Assembly (NCBI GenBank): GCA_965237415.1
Contig: CBDEFM010000002.1
Coordinates: 1,536,001 to 1,600,000, forward strand
DNA length: 64,000 bases
From: Alphaproteobacteria bacterium
GTDB lineage: Bacteria > Pseudomonadota > Alphaproteobacteria > UBA828
Direction of reading: 5' to 3'
The notes under the pieces were generated by a model. It did no database searches. It saw only the letters and a list, made by a program, of their open reading frames with translations, and was not told where the DNA came from. Position numbers and translations under genes: made by a program. Numbering within the stretch: position 1 is the first letter of the stretch; every line of letters begins with the position of its first letter. Below, in pieces: positions 22,900-34,128 of the stretch.

Positions 22900-23844
22900 C
22901 TAGTCGCGAAACTCGCGAATTGCGCCGCGCTGCACCACCAGGCTCGCGAGCAGAACGATGGCGAGGCCGGGGACGGTCATCAGCGGCGGCGCGGGCTTGC
23001 CTGCGGCGAGGTCGATGAGGAGCACCAACGCCGGGAATCCGTAGCCGTAGGCCTGCACCCGCGTCGCGCCGAGGCGCAGCGTCGTGTACTGGGTGAGGAA
23101 GAAGGTGACGATCGTCGGCAGGATCGCGAGGTAGACGATGCCGCCCAGCACCACCGGCTCGACCTCGGACCAGTCGGTGCGCCAGAGCTTGACGTTGCTC
23201 GCCGCCACCAGCCAGATCGCTGCCGCCACCAGAGTCCAGAAGGTGAGCACCAGGACCGGCTCGTCCCGGTGCAGGCGCTTGATGAGCGGACCGTAGAGGC
23301 TGAAGCCGAAGCAGCCGGCGAAGAAAATCCCGTCGCCGATATTGACCTCGAGATCGATTAGGCGTGCCGGATCGCCCCGGAAGATGATCCAGAGCGCTCC
23401 GATCATGCCGAGGAAGAGAGCTACCAGCCGATGAGGGCCTAGCCGCTCGCCGACCAGCACCGCTCCGAACAGCGCGGAGAAGCCGGGCACGATCGTGAAC
23501 ACCGCGCTCGTGTTGAGTGCGCTGGTGTAGCGCAGCGCCTCGAACATGCACCAGAAGAAGAAGGCGAGCAGCGCGCCAAGCGTGAAATAGCGCACGAACG
23601 CTCTCGGCGGCGGCAGCCGCAACCCTTCGCGCCAGGCGACGATCGGCGCCATGAGGAGCGCCGCGAGCACAAAGCGGATGCACATCAACACCGCCGGATC
23701 GAGACCGTGGGTGATGTGCTCGCCCAGAGGAAACGATGTGGAGATGATAACGGTCAGCAGGAAGGCGAGCGCGTGCGCATGCGCCTGGCCCGTGCCCGCC
23801 GGCCCGCCTGGCCGTGGCACCGGCTGTGCAGCCTCCTTCGCCAT
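22900..23844 (-). CDS. DMT/EamA family transporter
   Basis: about ten hydrophobic helices in two EamA repeats (IRFVLAA, ALRYTSA, GERLG). Confidence 0.85.
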   Translation of the reverse strand: MAKEAAQPVPRPGGPAGTGQAHAHALAFLLTVIISTSFPLGEHITHGLDPAVLMCIRFVLAALLMAPIVAWREGLRLPPPRAFVRYFTLGALLAFFFWCMFEALRYTSALNTSAVFTIVPGFSALFGAVLVGERLGPHRLVALFLGMIGALWIIFRGDPARLIDLEVNIGDGIFFAGCFGFSLYGPLIKRLHRDEPVLVLTFWTLVAAAIWLVAASNVKLWRTDWSEVEPVVLGGIVYLAILPTIVTFFLTQYTTLRLGATRVQAYGYGFPALVLLIDLAAGKPAPPLMTVPGLAIVLLASLVVQRGAIREFRD

Positions 23845-24223
23845 GTCTCACATTCTCCCCTGCGCCTCGGCCGAAACAGCCGCTTGTCGCTCGAACAGCG
23901 AGACGCCAAGCGCGTCCTCCAGTTTCTGAGTTCGTCGTGCGACGACCGATTGGCTCACCAGTAAGCACTGACCCGCCTTCCCTCGGGAACAAGAACGGCG
24001 AGCAACGCCATACCGGCCACACCCACGACGGGCGCAGAGATGATCGCCCGTCGTGCCATGCAACCCTCCGCGCCGGAGCTGAGAATGGAGCCGATCGCCC
24101 AGCCACCGGTCATGGAGGCTGCCAAATGGCCCGCGATCAGTGGCGTCTGGGAGGTCCATGTCGGCGTCCTTCTTGCGTTTCACTGCCTCTGCCTGAGGCC
24201 ATTGCAAGGGCGAGCCGACATAG

Positions 24224-24254
24224 GTTATAGAACCTCAACCATTGTTGAGGTCAA
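24224..24254 (-). promoter_or_regulatory. SoxR box with MerR-type promoter
   Basis: dyad CCTCAACCATTGTTGAGG (24233-24250); minus-strand -35 TTGACC and -10 TATAAC with a 19-bp spacer. Confidence 0.85.
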
Positions 24255-24266
24255 GGCATTTCTTCA

Positions 24267-24746
24267 ATGACCGGATACATCGATACGAAACGACCGCTGT
24301 CGGTTGGCGAAGTCGCCAGCAGGAGCGGCGTCGCCGTCTCGACGCTGCACTTCTATGAGCGAGAGGGTCTGATTGAGAGCTGGCGCACCAATGGCAACCA
24401 ACGGCGCTATAGCCGCGACGCGCTGCGCCGGATCGCAATCGTCCGCGTGGCCCAGCAAACCGGCGTGCCGCTTGCAGAGATCAGAGACGCGCTCGCCGCC
24501 GTCCCGTCGAAGCGAACCCCTGCAGCTGAGGACTGGCGGCGGTTGTCAACAATCTGGAAAGCGCGTTTGGAAGGAAGAATTCGGGCCCTGACCCAATTGC
24601 GGGATGAGCTGGAAGGGTGCATCGGCTGCGGGTGTCTTTCCATGACAGACTGTCCGCTACGCAATCCTGGCGACCGCCTTGGTCAGCACGGCTCCGGCCC
24701 GGTCCTTCTTCTTCAAAGTCGCAACACCGATGCCGAACTTTCGTAG
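24267..24746 (+). CDS. soxR: Redox-sensitive transcriptional activator SoxR
   Basis: [27 protein letters not shown], [2Fe-2S] motif [17 protein letters not shown]. Confidence 0.95.
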   Translation: MTGYIDTKRPLSVGEVASRSGVAVSTLHFYEREGLIESWRTNGNQRRYSRDALRRIAIVRVAQQTGVPLAEIRDALAAVPSKRTPAAEDWRRLSTIWKARLEGRIRALTQLRDELEGCIGCGCLSMTDCPLRNPGDRLGQHGSGPVLLLQSRNTDAELS

Positions 24747-24766
24747 TCCGACACCCTGAAGGGTGA

Positions 24767-25897
<1,131 letters not shown>

Positions 25898-26023
25898 CAG
25901 ACAAGACAGTCGCTCACCCATCTCCATTTCCCCCTCCGTCGGAGTTTCCGTTCCACGCCGCATTCGTTCCATCGACCTCATGGGCTCCGCACGACCGGCG
26001 GACAATTCACCTCGGCGTCCTTT

Positions 26024-26360
26024 CGCGTCTGGGCGCTGATGACGACGAAGGAGACCTACCGGGATCCCGTGACGGCCTTCGCCTGAGCGGCTGGAGCCTA
26101 CCGGGATCACGTCGGGGATGTGAGCAGGACGGAGGACGGGTAAGGGCAAACAATCAATGATACGGGATCTGAAAAACCAGTTCTATGGACCGAGCACAAG
26201 AACTCACGGAGGCGATATTAGATCCGATCCGCGCATCTCCATACTGGCCCGCGGCGCATCAATGCCGCCCTATTGAGGCCGGTCATACGTCACAACCTGG
26301 CCACATGCCAAACCTACCTGACCGAAAAGCGCTTGCATCCGAAGGGGCGTCCACATACGT
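26024..26360 (+). mobile_element. Orphan IS1111-type right end (transposase C-terminus plus non-coding region)
   Basis: RVWALMTTKETYRDPVTAFA* then GATCCGCG...GGCCCGCGG...AGGCCGG...CTTGC...GGGGCGTCCACATA, which resembles IS1111 downstream ends from memory. Confidence 0.55.
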
Positions 26361-26425
26361 CCACAGATGCTCCACGCGATGCCTATGCCTCGGCGCGGCG
26401 GCAACCGCATGCGAAGGAGAGGTCA

Positions 26426-27374
26426 ATGACTGCCTGCAACGCTCGATACCGTTGCCGTCGTTGGCAACGGCCGCGTCGGCCACGGAATGGCCCAGATTTT
26501 CGCGGCTGCGGGCCACCGGGTCGTCATGATCGGCCGGCGCGAGGAGAGCCTCGCCGCAGCGACGGACAGGATTGCGAAGAGCCTCGCCGCCTTCGAAGCG
26601 CACGGGCTCGTCACTTCCGGCGAAGTGAGCGCCGCCCTTGGGCGCATCCGCGCCTCGACCGAACTCGAGGACGCGGCGGATGCGCAGCTCGTCCTCGAGG
26701 CGGTTCCGGCCGATCGGGCTGTCCAGGACGAGGTGTACGGGCGGCTGGACGCAATTTGCGCGCCGCCGGCGGTCTTCGCCTCCGGGAGCGGGCAGCCCGC
26801 GAGCGAGCTCGTGTCGAACGTCACGCACCGCGGGCGCGTGGTCGCCGCCCACTTCTGGTACCCGCCGCAGCTAATTCCCCTCGTCGAAGTCTGCGCCGGA
26901 CCGGAGAGCGACCCGGACGTGGCGCCGTGGCTCTGCGACGTCCTCCGGGCAGCGGGCAAGGAGCCGGTGATCGTCGACAAGGAGGTTCCGGGCTTCATCG
27001 GCAACCGGCTTCAGTACGCGATCCTGCGCGAGGCTTGGGCACTGTGGGCGGAGGGGGCGGCGTCGGCCGAGGCGATCGACACGGTGGTCAAGGCGTCCCT
27101 CGGGCGGCGTCTCGCGATCACCGGACCCATCGAGTCGGCCGACATCGGGGGCCTTGATACGCTGCACGCGTTCGGAGCGTACCTCATCCCGCACCTGAAG
27201 ACGGGTTCCCAACCCGCTTCGGCGGTTACCGAGCTGGTCGATGCGGGGCATCGCGGTCTGCCCTCGGGGCGGGGCGTATATGACTGGAGCGCTCGCGACG
27301 GCGCGGCGCTGCTCGAGCAACGCGAGGAGGAGCTGTTCCGTCACCTCGCCCGAGACAAGGCCGAGCACCGATAA
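26426..27374 (+). pseudogene. 3-hydroxyacyl-CoA dehydrogenase family, frameshift just after the start codon
   Basis: ATG 26426 after AAGGAGAGG is one base out of frame with VAVVGNGRVGHGMAQ; HFWYPPQLIPLVE, PGFIGNRLQ. Confidence 0.75.
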
Positions 27375-27790
27375 CCGCGCGGCACCTCGAATGGGAGCTT
27401 ATGAGCGTAGATAATCGAGCCCCCTTGGTTTGTGTCCATGAACACGCCCCGTCATTGGACGGACGGGGCGGGATTCCGTGCTCTCCGATAACCTATTGTA
27501 GCTGTGTATCCTTTTGGGCCCTCTATTTCGTCAGCCCCACACCCCGCCCAACACAGCCAACCTGACCATAGGGGTCATCCCGGGCCGACTCCGCACCACA
27601 CCGTGATGCAGCCCGCAACGCGGATCTGGACTTCATGGCCATGCGCCGGGAGATCGTGGGTACCGCCACCGGCATCCTCGTCATCACGGCCGCGACGTCG
27701 TCCGGCCCGTCGAGCGAAACCTTACCCGCTCCAAACCCTTTGTCGGCAACGCGGTGACAAATGCAACCATTCGGGCGGCGGCGTAGCGCC

Positions 27791-28570
27791 TCACCCGTCG
27801 AAAATGGCGACCGCGCGGGTCCAGCCCGCCGAGGCGCCGCGGATCTTCACCGGGAAGCAGCACACCGTGAAGCCGTCGCCCGGCAGCACCTCCAGATTGT
27901 GCAGTTTCTCGAGATGGCAATAGCCGATGTCGCGACCGGCCTTGTGCCCTTCCCAGATGATCGAGGCATCGCGGTTCTCGGCATAGCGCTTGGCCGTGTG
28001 GCTAAAGGGCGCGTCCCAACTCCAGGCGTCGGTGCCGGTCAGGCGCACGCCGCGCTCGAGCAGACACATGGTGGCGTCGTAGCCCATCCCGCATCCGGCA
28101 TCGACATAGTCGTCATCGCCGTAGGCCGACCCGGCGCGGGTGTTGACCACGACGATATCCAGCGGCCGGAGGTCGTGGCCGATCCGCGTCAGTTCCGCGG
28201 CGACATCGTCGGCGGTCGCGACGTAGCCGTCGTCGAAATGGCGGAAGTCCAGTTTCACGCCGGGCTGCATGCACCAGTCGAGCGGCACTTCGTCGATGGT
28301 GATGGCGCGCTCGCCGCGGTTCATGGTCGAGGCGAAGTGATAGGGCGCATCGAGATGGGTGCCGTTATGGGTGATGAGCTGCACCATCTCCACCGCCCAG
28401 GCCTCGCCGTCGGGAAGATCCTCCTTCTTCAGGCCGGGGAAGAAGGGCGCCATCTGCTCGTAGGATTGATGGTGGTCGAAATAGGTGATCTTCGGGCTGT
28501 ATGGCTGCGGATCGGAGATCACATCATTCTCCAGCGGCATCGAGATATCGACAATCCTGCGTGTCATCAT
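27791..28570 (-). CDS. Cyclase family metal-dependent amidohydrolase (KynB/isatin hydrolase-like)
   Basis: HNGTHLDAPYH, GTDAWSWD, HLEKLHNL. Confidence 0.88.
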   Translation of the reverse strand: MMTRRIVDISMPLENDVISDPQPYSPKITYFDHHQSYEQMAPFFPGLKKEDLPDGEAWAVEMVQLITHNGTHLDAPYHFASTMNRGERAITIDEVPLDWCMQPGVKLDFRHFDDGYVATADDVAAELTRIGHDLRPLDIVVVNTRAGSAYGDDDYVDAGCGMGYDATMCLLERGVRLTGTDAWSWDAPFSHTAKRYAENRDASIIWEGHKAGRDIGYCHLEKLHNLEVLPGDGFTVCCFPVKIRGASAGWTRAVAIFDG

Positions 28571-28597
28571 TCGGATCCTCCGGAGAAGCGGGCGGGC

Positions 28598-29923
28598 TCA
28601 GAGCAGCGCCAGGCTGAGCCAGGGAAAAAGGATGATCAGCAGCAGAACGACCAGCATGATCGCGGCGAAGGGCGCGGCGCCGGCAAAAATATCCCCGAGC
28701 CGGACCGACGGATCGTCCAGGGTGGATTTGATCACATAGACCGCGATGCCCAGCGGCGGGGTCAGCAGGCCGATTTCCACCGCGATCACCGTTACGATGC
28801 CGAACCAGACCAGGTCCACGCCGAAAGACTGGACGATCGGCAGGACCAGCGGCAGCACCACCAGCATGATCGAGGTGGAATCCAGGACGGTCCCCATGAC
28901 CAGGATCAGCACCACATAGAGTGCGATGAAGGCAGCGAAGCCGAGTTCCGCCGACTCCACCAGGCCGACCAGATGCTGCGGAATGCCGGCCAGGCCGAGC
29001 ATGCGCGTGTAGATGCTTGCCGCGATCAGCAGGAAGCAGATCGACACGGTGACGTGTCCGGTTTCGATCAGGACGCGCCAGTAGTCCTTCACGCCGGCCC
29101 GCGCCGCCCTTCTCCGCCCGCGGGCGAGGGCAAGCAGCAGGGCGCCCAGCGCACCGACCGCACCGGCTTCCGTCGGCGTGAAGAACCCGCCGTAAATCCC
29201 GCCGAGCACCAGAACGATCAGGCCGACGACCGGCGCCATCGACAAGTAGCCGACCGGCGGTCCGCCATCGGTGACACCGCCGGCCACAACCTTCGGCGCG
29301 CCGACGAAAGCGGGAAAGCGCGTCGCCAGCACGAATATCAGCAGCGCAAAGGCCAGGCTGAGCAGCAATCCCGGAATGATGCCCGCGATGAACAACGCCC
29401 CGATCGAGGTTTCGGCCAGAAACCCGTAGACGATGAGGAGAAGGCTGGGCGGAATCAGCATGCCGAGCACGCTCGAGCCGGCGACGACACCCGTCGCGAA
29501 CCGGGCCGTGTAGCCGAGCTTCAGCATCTCGGGGATGGCGACCTTGGTAAACACCGCGGCCGATGCGATGGAAATGCCGGTGATCGCCGCGAAGACCGCG
29601 TTCGCCGCCACGGTCGCCACCCCGAGACCGCCGGGGATCCGGCGCAGCGGGCGGTTCGCCACCTGGAACATGTCGCGACCGATACCCGACATGCTGATGA
29701 GCAGCCCCATCAAGACAAACAAGGGCACGACGCCGAAAATATGGTTGGCGATGGCGTCATAGGCCGAGAGCGCCAGGAACTTGGTCGCGAGCACGAAATT
29801 GTCCCGCATCAGCCAGACGCCGACGACCGACAGCAGGGAAAGCGCCACGCCGACATGCATGCCCAGCCAGATCAGCAGCAGCATGGCGGCCAGCATGATC
29901 CAGCCGATATCCAGCGCCGTCAC
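28598..29923 (-). CDS. TRAP transporter large permease (DctM)
   Basis: VPLFVLMG, LGMLIPPS, GFFTPTEAGA, GLLTPPLG. Confidence 0.92.
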   Translation of the reverse strand: MTALDIGWIMLAAMLLLIWLGMHVGVALSLLSVVGVWLMRDNFVLATKFLALSAYDAIANHIFGVVPLFVLMGLLISMSGIGRDMFQVANRPLRRIPGGLGVATVAANAVFAAITGISIASAAVFTKVAIPEMLKLGYTARFATGVVAGSSVLGMLIPPSLLLIVYGFLAETSIGALFIAGIIPGLLLSLAFALLIFVLATRFPAFVGAPKVVAGGVTDGGPPVGYLSMAPVVGLIVLVLGGIYGGFFTPTEAGAVGALGALLLALARGRRRAARAGVKDYWRVLIETGHVTVSICFLLIAASIYTRMLGLAGIPQHLVGLVESAELGFAAFIALYVVLILVMGTVLDSTSIMLVVLPLVLPIVQSFGVDLVWFGIVTVIAVEIGLLTPPLGIAVYVIKSTLDDPSVRLGDIFAGAAPFAAIMLVVLLLIILFPWLSLALL

Positions 29924-30483
29924 GGCAGACTCCGCCGGAAGGCACGGCTGGCGGCGCGGCCCGTGAGCGCAAGGAAGGTGAGGCCGGTCGCGCCGCTGCC
30001 AATCAGGATGATCAGCCGGACGGGCCAGGTCGGTGCGGTGAAATCGCCGAGGGCGCCGACATAGTCCCCTTCGTCGAACGCGCGCCGGAAGTAGGGCAGG
30101 CTCGCCCAGAACAGGACCGCCATGACAGCAGCTCCGGCAAGATGGAACAGCGCGTCCAGGCCGTGGCCGATCGCTGGCTGCGCCCGCATCAGCCGGCCGA
30201 GCAGCGCATCGGAACGGGTGATCCGCCCGGACCACAGCGTGTGCGCGAGCTGGAGAAAAACGATCCCGACGATCGAAAGTGCGACCAGCTCGGGCACGCC
30301 GCGAATTGGGGCCGTCAATGCCTCTCGCGAGATGACGTCGGCATTGATCAGCACCATCAGGGCGGCGATCCACACGCCGCCCAACGCGTTCAGTACGACG
30401 ATCGCGCGCAACAGGCCGCGTGCGACCCGGTCCGCAGCTCTGCTTCCCGTGCCTCCCGGCGGCGGCCGACCCTCCGGGGCCAT
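29920..30483 (-). CDS. TRAP transporter small permease (DctQ)
   Basis: four TM helices, NADVISR, PIRGVPEL; position between DctP and DctM. Confidence 0.85.
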   Translation of the reverse strand: MAPEGRPPPGGTGSRAADRVARGLLRAIVVLNALGGVWIAALMVLINADVISREALTAPIRGVPELVALSIVGIVFLQLAHTLWSGRITRSDALLGRLMRAQPAIGHGLDALFHLAGAAVMAVLFWASLPYFRRAFDEGDYVGALGDFTAPTWPVRLIILIGSGATGLTFLALTGRAASRAFRRSLP

Positions 30484-30504
30484 CGTCCCCCTGTTGGCCC
30501 CCGG

Positions 30505-31581
30505 CTATTCGGCCGACCAGTCGCGCGGGATATCGGCGCCAGCCCCCTTGAGCTTGTCGATAAAGCCTTTCAGCACCGCGTTGCCCGGCACGCCCTTCTC
30601 CTCCAGCCCGGCCGCCCACAACTGTGCGACGTTCGGAATGGCCTCTGCCCATTGCTTGCGCAGCGCCGGATCAATGGCGACCCGCTCGGCCCCGGCCTCG
30701 ACCATGCGCTCTTCCAGCGCTGCCGCGGCGCCGCCCTGGGCCGCGGCGAAACGCTTGCCGTATTCAGCGCTGACGTCCGTAAGGACAGACTGCACTTCCG
30801 CCGGCATGCCGTTCCAGGCGTCCAGGTTGACCGACAGGCCTCCGGCAAACTGGGCGCCGAAGTTGCACTTGTTGATGTAGGGCGCGACCTCGAACACCTT
30901 GGAGCCCCAGGCTCCTGTGGTGAACACCACAACGCCGTCCGCAACGCCGGTGCTGATATCGTTGTAGTAGGTCTGCAGATTGCCGGCGACGGCAACCGCG
31001 CCGGTTCCCTTGATCCAGTTTGCCGCCGGTCCCGGCGCGAGGATCTTCTTGCCGTTCAGGTCGTCCAGGCTGTTGATCGGGAACTTGGCCCACAAATGGT
31101 AGGTGTCCAGCGCCGCCCCGGCCAGATAGCGCTGGTTGCGCGCCTTCCAGGCCTCGCCCATCGCCGGGATCTCTTGCTGCAGGGCCCCGATCGCGCCGGT
31201 CACGGTGCCGATGTCGGCTGAGCCGAACGGGCAAACATAGCTGACGTTCTGCAAGGGCATCTTGGCGGCTTCGAAGATAGTGCCGACAAAGCCCATCTCG
31301 ACCAGGCCTTCCTCGATCGCTTCCAGGACGCCGCCGATCTTGGCGATCGTGCCGCCGTAACCCTGGGTCCAGGCGATGCTGTGCGCGCCGGCGGCCTTCA
31401 GACGTTCATCCACCTCCGGGATGAAATAGTCCTGCAGCAGCTTGACCCACAGGAAGTGCTGCGGGTGGCCGGCCGCGACGGTAATTTTGAACGCGGCACC
31501 CCAGGAGGGCGTCGCCGTGACGGTAACCGCGCCGGCAGCGACGGCCGCCGCCAGCAATTGTCGTCTCGATATGCGTTCCAT
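30505..31581 (-). CDS. TRAP substrate-binding protein (DctP) with Tat signal
   Basis: ISRRQLL leader, INSLDDLNGKKI, TGVADG, WNGMPAEVQ. Confidence 0.88.
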   Translation of the reverse strand: MERISRRQLLAAAVAAGAVTVTATPSWGAAFKITVAAGHPQHFLWVKLLQDYFIPEVDERLKAAGAHSIAWTQGYGGTIAKIGGVLEAIEEGLVEMGFVGTIFEAAKMPLQNVSYVCPFGSADIGTVTGAIGALQQEIPAMGEAWKARNQRYLAGAALDTYHLWAKFPINSLDDLNGKKILAPGPAANWIKGTGAVAVAGNLQTYYNDISTGVADGVVVFTTGAWGSKVFEVAPYINKCNFGAQFAGGLSVNLDAWNGMPAEVQSVLTDVSAEYGKRFAAAQGGAAAALEERMVEAGAERVAIDPALRKQWAEAIPNVAQLWAAGLEEKGVPGNAVLKGFIDKLKGAGADIPRDWSAE

Positions 31582-31792
31582 GGATCTGTCTTCCCCGATG
31601 CCGGTTTGCGATGATGCGGAAACGGCCATTCGCCAGCCGATCCTGTCAGCCCAAACGGACTCCCGATGGTCGCTCCGCTCGCGCGCTCCTGATGCATGCC
31701 GCTTCGTACGGCGACGACAACGACGACCCTCCGGGTCGCTGGCGCTTCGGCCGAGCGATCACTTTGGACGATCGACGCTTGCATGCATGCTA

Positions 31793-31919
31793 GTCATCTG
31801 AATCCAAAGTGCGCCACATAAAGACAGCTATATTGGACGACCATATTCTTCGACAATAGAGCGACTTAGTGTGACGACACTGCCAATTTATAATGATCTC
31901 AACTTCAGTGTCAGGTGAC
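31793..31919. mobile_element. 127-bp MITE with IS630-type ends
   Basis: ends GTCATCTGAATCCAAAGT and ACTTCAGTGTCAGGTGAC closely match the ends of the IS630 at 54562-55746; TA duplicated within CTAG on both sides. Confidence 0.85.
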
Positions 31920-32017
31920 TAGGGGTCGATTAAAAATATGTAAAGCACCAAGATAGTGGTAAAATATATAAATATCGATTTTATTGCCTGACCAAGAACC
32001 TTGAGGGGCAGGATCGA

Positions 32018-32752
32018 ATGGATGGACACACCGCAACGACGCTGGCCGACAGGGCGGCACAGGTAGTCGGCGAGGAGATACTCTCCGGCCGCCTCGCAGC
32101 CGGTTCGCGTCTCCACATACGACAGTTGGCCGAGCGGACAGGCATCGGGCCGACACCCTTGCGGGAGGGTCTCTCGCGGCTCCTCTCGCGCGGTCTCGTC
32201 GTTGCGGTGGAACAGCGGGGCTTCCGTGTCGCACCGATGAGCCGGGCCGATCTGGAAGACATCCTCAAGACACGTGCCGCGCTGGAGACGGAAGCGCTCC
32301 GCCTGTCGATCGCGAACGGGGACGACCGTTGGGAAGCAGAGGTGGTCGCGTCCCTGCATCGGCTGGTCCGCTTCCTCGAGCGGGTTCCCCGGGATGCGCG
32401 CGCCGTCGCCGGCGAATTGGACAAACGTCACAAGGCCTTCCACACCTCGCTGATCGCGGCGTGCGGATCGACCCGCATGATCGATCTCCATAGTGTCCTG
32501 CACGATCAGGGGTATCGATATCGCCACAAGATGGTGGCGTCTTTCGATCCGCTGGCGATCGCCGAGGAGCATCGCCAGCTGGCCGCCATCGTTCTGGACC
32601 GCGACGCGGAAACGGCGGTCGACGCCTATCGCGACCATCTTCAACTCCTGGTCGCGGGGACCTATCCCGACGCGGACCCACGCGACACGGCTGCTCCCGG
32701 GACTGCATCGGCCCCGGCAGCGGGTCCGCCACGCTGCGGCCCGACCTCTTGA
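32018..32752 (+). CDS. GntR-family regulator (FCD domain)
   Basis: GIGPTPLREGLSRL, QRGFRV, FHTSLIAACGS, EEHRQL. Confidence 0.9.
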   Translation: MDGHTATTLADRAAQVVGEEILSGRLAAGSRLHIRQLAERTGIGPTPLREGLSRLLSRGLVVAVEQRGFRVAPMSRADLEDILKTRAALETEALRLSIANGDDRWEAEVVASLHRLVRFLERVPRDARAVAGELDKRHKAFHTSLIAACGSTRMIDLHSVLHDQGYRYRHKMVASFDPLAIAEEHRQLAAIVLDRDAETAVDAYRDHLQLLVAGTYPDADPRDTAAPGTASAPAAGPPRCGPTS

Positions 32753-32774
32753 CCAGCCAAGGAGTATTCTGCCG

Positions 32775-33755
32775 GTGAAGCTCGCAACATACCGTTCGCA
32801 CGATGAGCTGCGCGTCGGCGTCGTGATCGACGAGGAGACCCGCATTCTCGATCTCGGGCGCGCTGCCGAAGCCGGAGGCGGCAATCCCGATACGTTTCGC
32901 ACGATGCTCGATCTCGTAGACGCCGGGCCTGCCGGATTGGATTCAGCCGCAAGCCTGGTGGCACGATACGCTGAAGAAAGCGCTCTCACCGTGTCGATCG
33001 ATGACATCGTACTCGAGGCGCCCCTGCCGGTGCCGCGCCAGATCCGCGACTTTTCCGTGTTCCCCGGTCACATCCGGCAGGCGCCGGTCGGTATGCGCAA
33101 GCTGCAGGCCCGGATGGCGGGGCAACCGATCCCCGATCTGCAGGCCGCCGATTCAGTACCGGAGATCTACCAGTCCCAGCCGATCTACTACCTGTCGAAC
33201 CGCTTCAGCGTTGCCGGGCCGGACGCGACGGTGATTTGGCCGGGCTACAGCCGTTTCATGGATTTCGAGCTCGAGCTGGCCGCCGTCATCGGGCGGGCCG
33301 GCAAGAACATCGGCGCGGCCGAGGCCGCCGGCCACATATTCGGATACACGATCTACAACGATTTCTCCGCCAGGGACGCCCAGCTGATCGAAATGCAAGG
33401 CTTCCTCGGCCCAGCGAAAGGCAAGAGTTTCGATGGCGGCAACGTCATCGGCCCGTGGATCGTCACGTCGGACGAGATCGCCGATCCCAACAGCCTCGAG
33501 ATGCGTGCCCGGGTGAACGGTGCGCTGTGGTCGCAAGGCAGCACCGCCGACATGCTCCACAGCTTCGAGGACATGCTCGCATTCGTCTCACGGGACGAAA
33601 CCATTCACGCCGGCGAGATATTCGGCTCCGGCACCATCGGCAACGGGTGCGGACTCGAACAAAACCGCTATCTGGAAGACGGCGACCTCGTTGAACTCGA
33701 AGTCGAGAATATCGGCGTGCTGCGGAACAGGGTGGTCCGGGCCGATCGACCCTGA
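32775..33755 (+). CDS. Fumarylacetoacetate hydrolase family protein
   Basis: DFELELAAVIG, GYTIYNDFSARD, KGKSFD, GSGT. Confidence 0.9.
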   Translation: MKLATYRSHDELRVGVVIDEETRILDLGRAAEAGGGNPDTFRTMLDLVDAGPAGLDSAASLVARYAEESALTVSIDDIVLEAPLPVPRQIRDFSVFPGHIRQAPVGMRKLQARMAGQPIPDLQAADSVPEIYQSQPIYYLSNRFSVAGPDATVIWPGYSRFMDFELELAAVIGRAGKNIGAAEAAGHIFGYTIYNDFSARDAQLIEMQGFLGPAKGKSFDGGNVIGPWIVTSDEIADPNSLEMRARVNGALWSQGSTADMLHSFEDMLAFVSRDETIHAGEIFGSGTIGNGCGLEQNRYLEDGDLVELEVENIGVLRNRVVRADRP

Positions 33756-33771
33756 GCCGCAGCGGACTGTT

Positions 33772-33841
33772 GACCGGCGTCGAATGTTGAGCCCTTATAC
33801 TCACGCAATATCAACTCATTAGAGCGCCGATCGGCGTCGAA
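33772..33841. repeat. Dispersed REP/MITE-like repeat; inverted second copy at about 50001-50070
   Basis: TTAGAGCGCCGATCGGCGTCGAA (33819-33841) matches the reverse complement of 50001-50023 at 22/23. Confidence 0.6.
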
Positions 33842-33861
33842 TCGGCGCGCCGATCAATAGC

Positions 33862-33930
33862 CTGCCATGGTCCGCGAGCAAATGGAGCGATTCATGGCCG
33901 AGGTGGCGCCGGCTTTCGACCACGGCCCTG
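33862..33930 (+). pseudogene. Possible C-terminal remnant of an LLM-class flavin oxidoreductase
   Basis: AMVREQMERFMAEVAPAF. Confidence 0.35.
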
Positions 33931-34128
33931 GGCGCTCAACGGCGGCCGAGGCGCGGATAACGTAAGCGCGGGCAAGTACCGCAATCTCACCCCCGGGCTC
34001 GAACCGGGGTCCGGGGAGACCGGGAAACGCGCCTGGCGGTTTGGCATTTCGGCGGGTTGCTGCCTATATGGACGTTTGTCCGCCGAGCGCCCGATCCAGG
34101 GCATTCGGTGCGAGCGTTCCGGTCGGAA

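Noticed and set aside
27761-30064. 767-aa plus-strand ORF and similar long shadow ORFs (34150-35943, 35970-37940, 38200-40170)
   Set aside because: Antisense to well-supported genes in high-GC DNA, with no recognisable motifs
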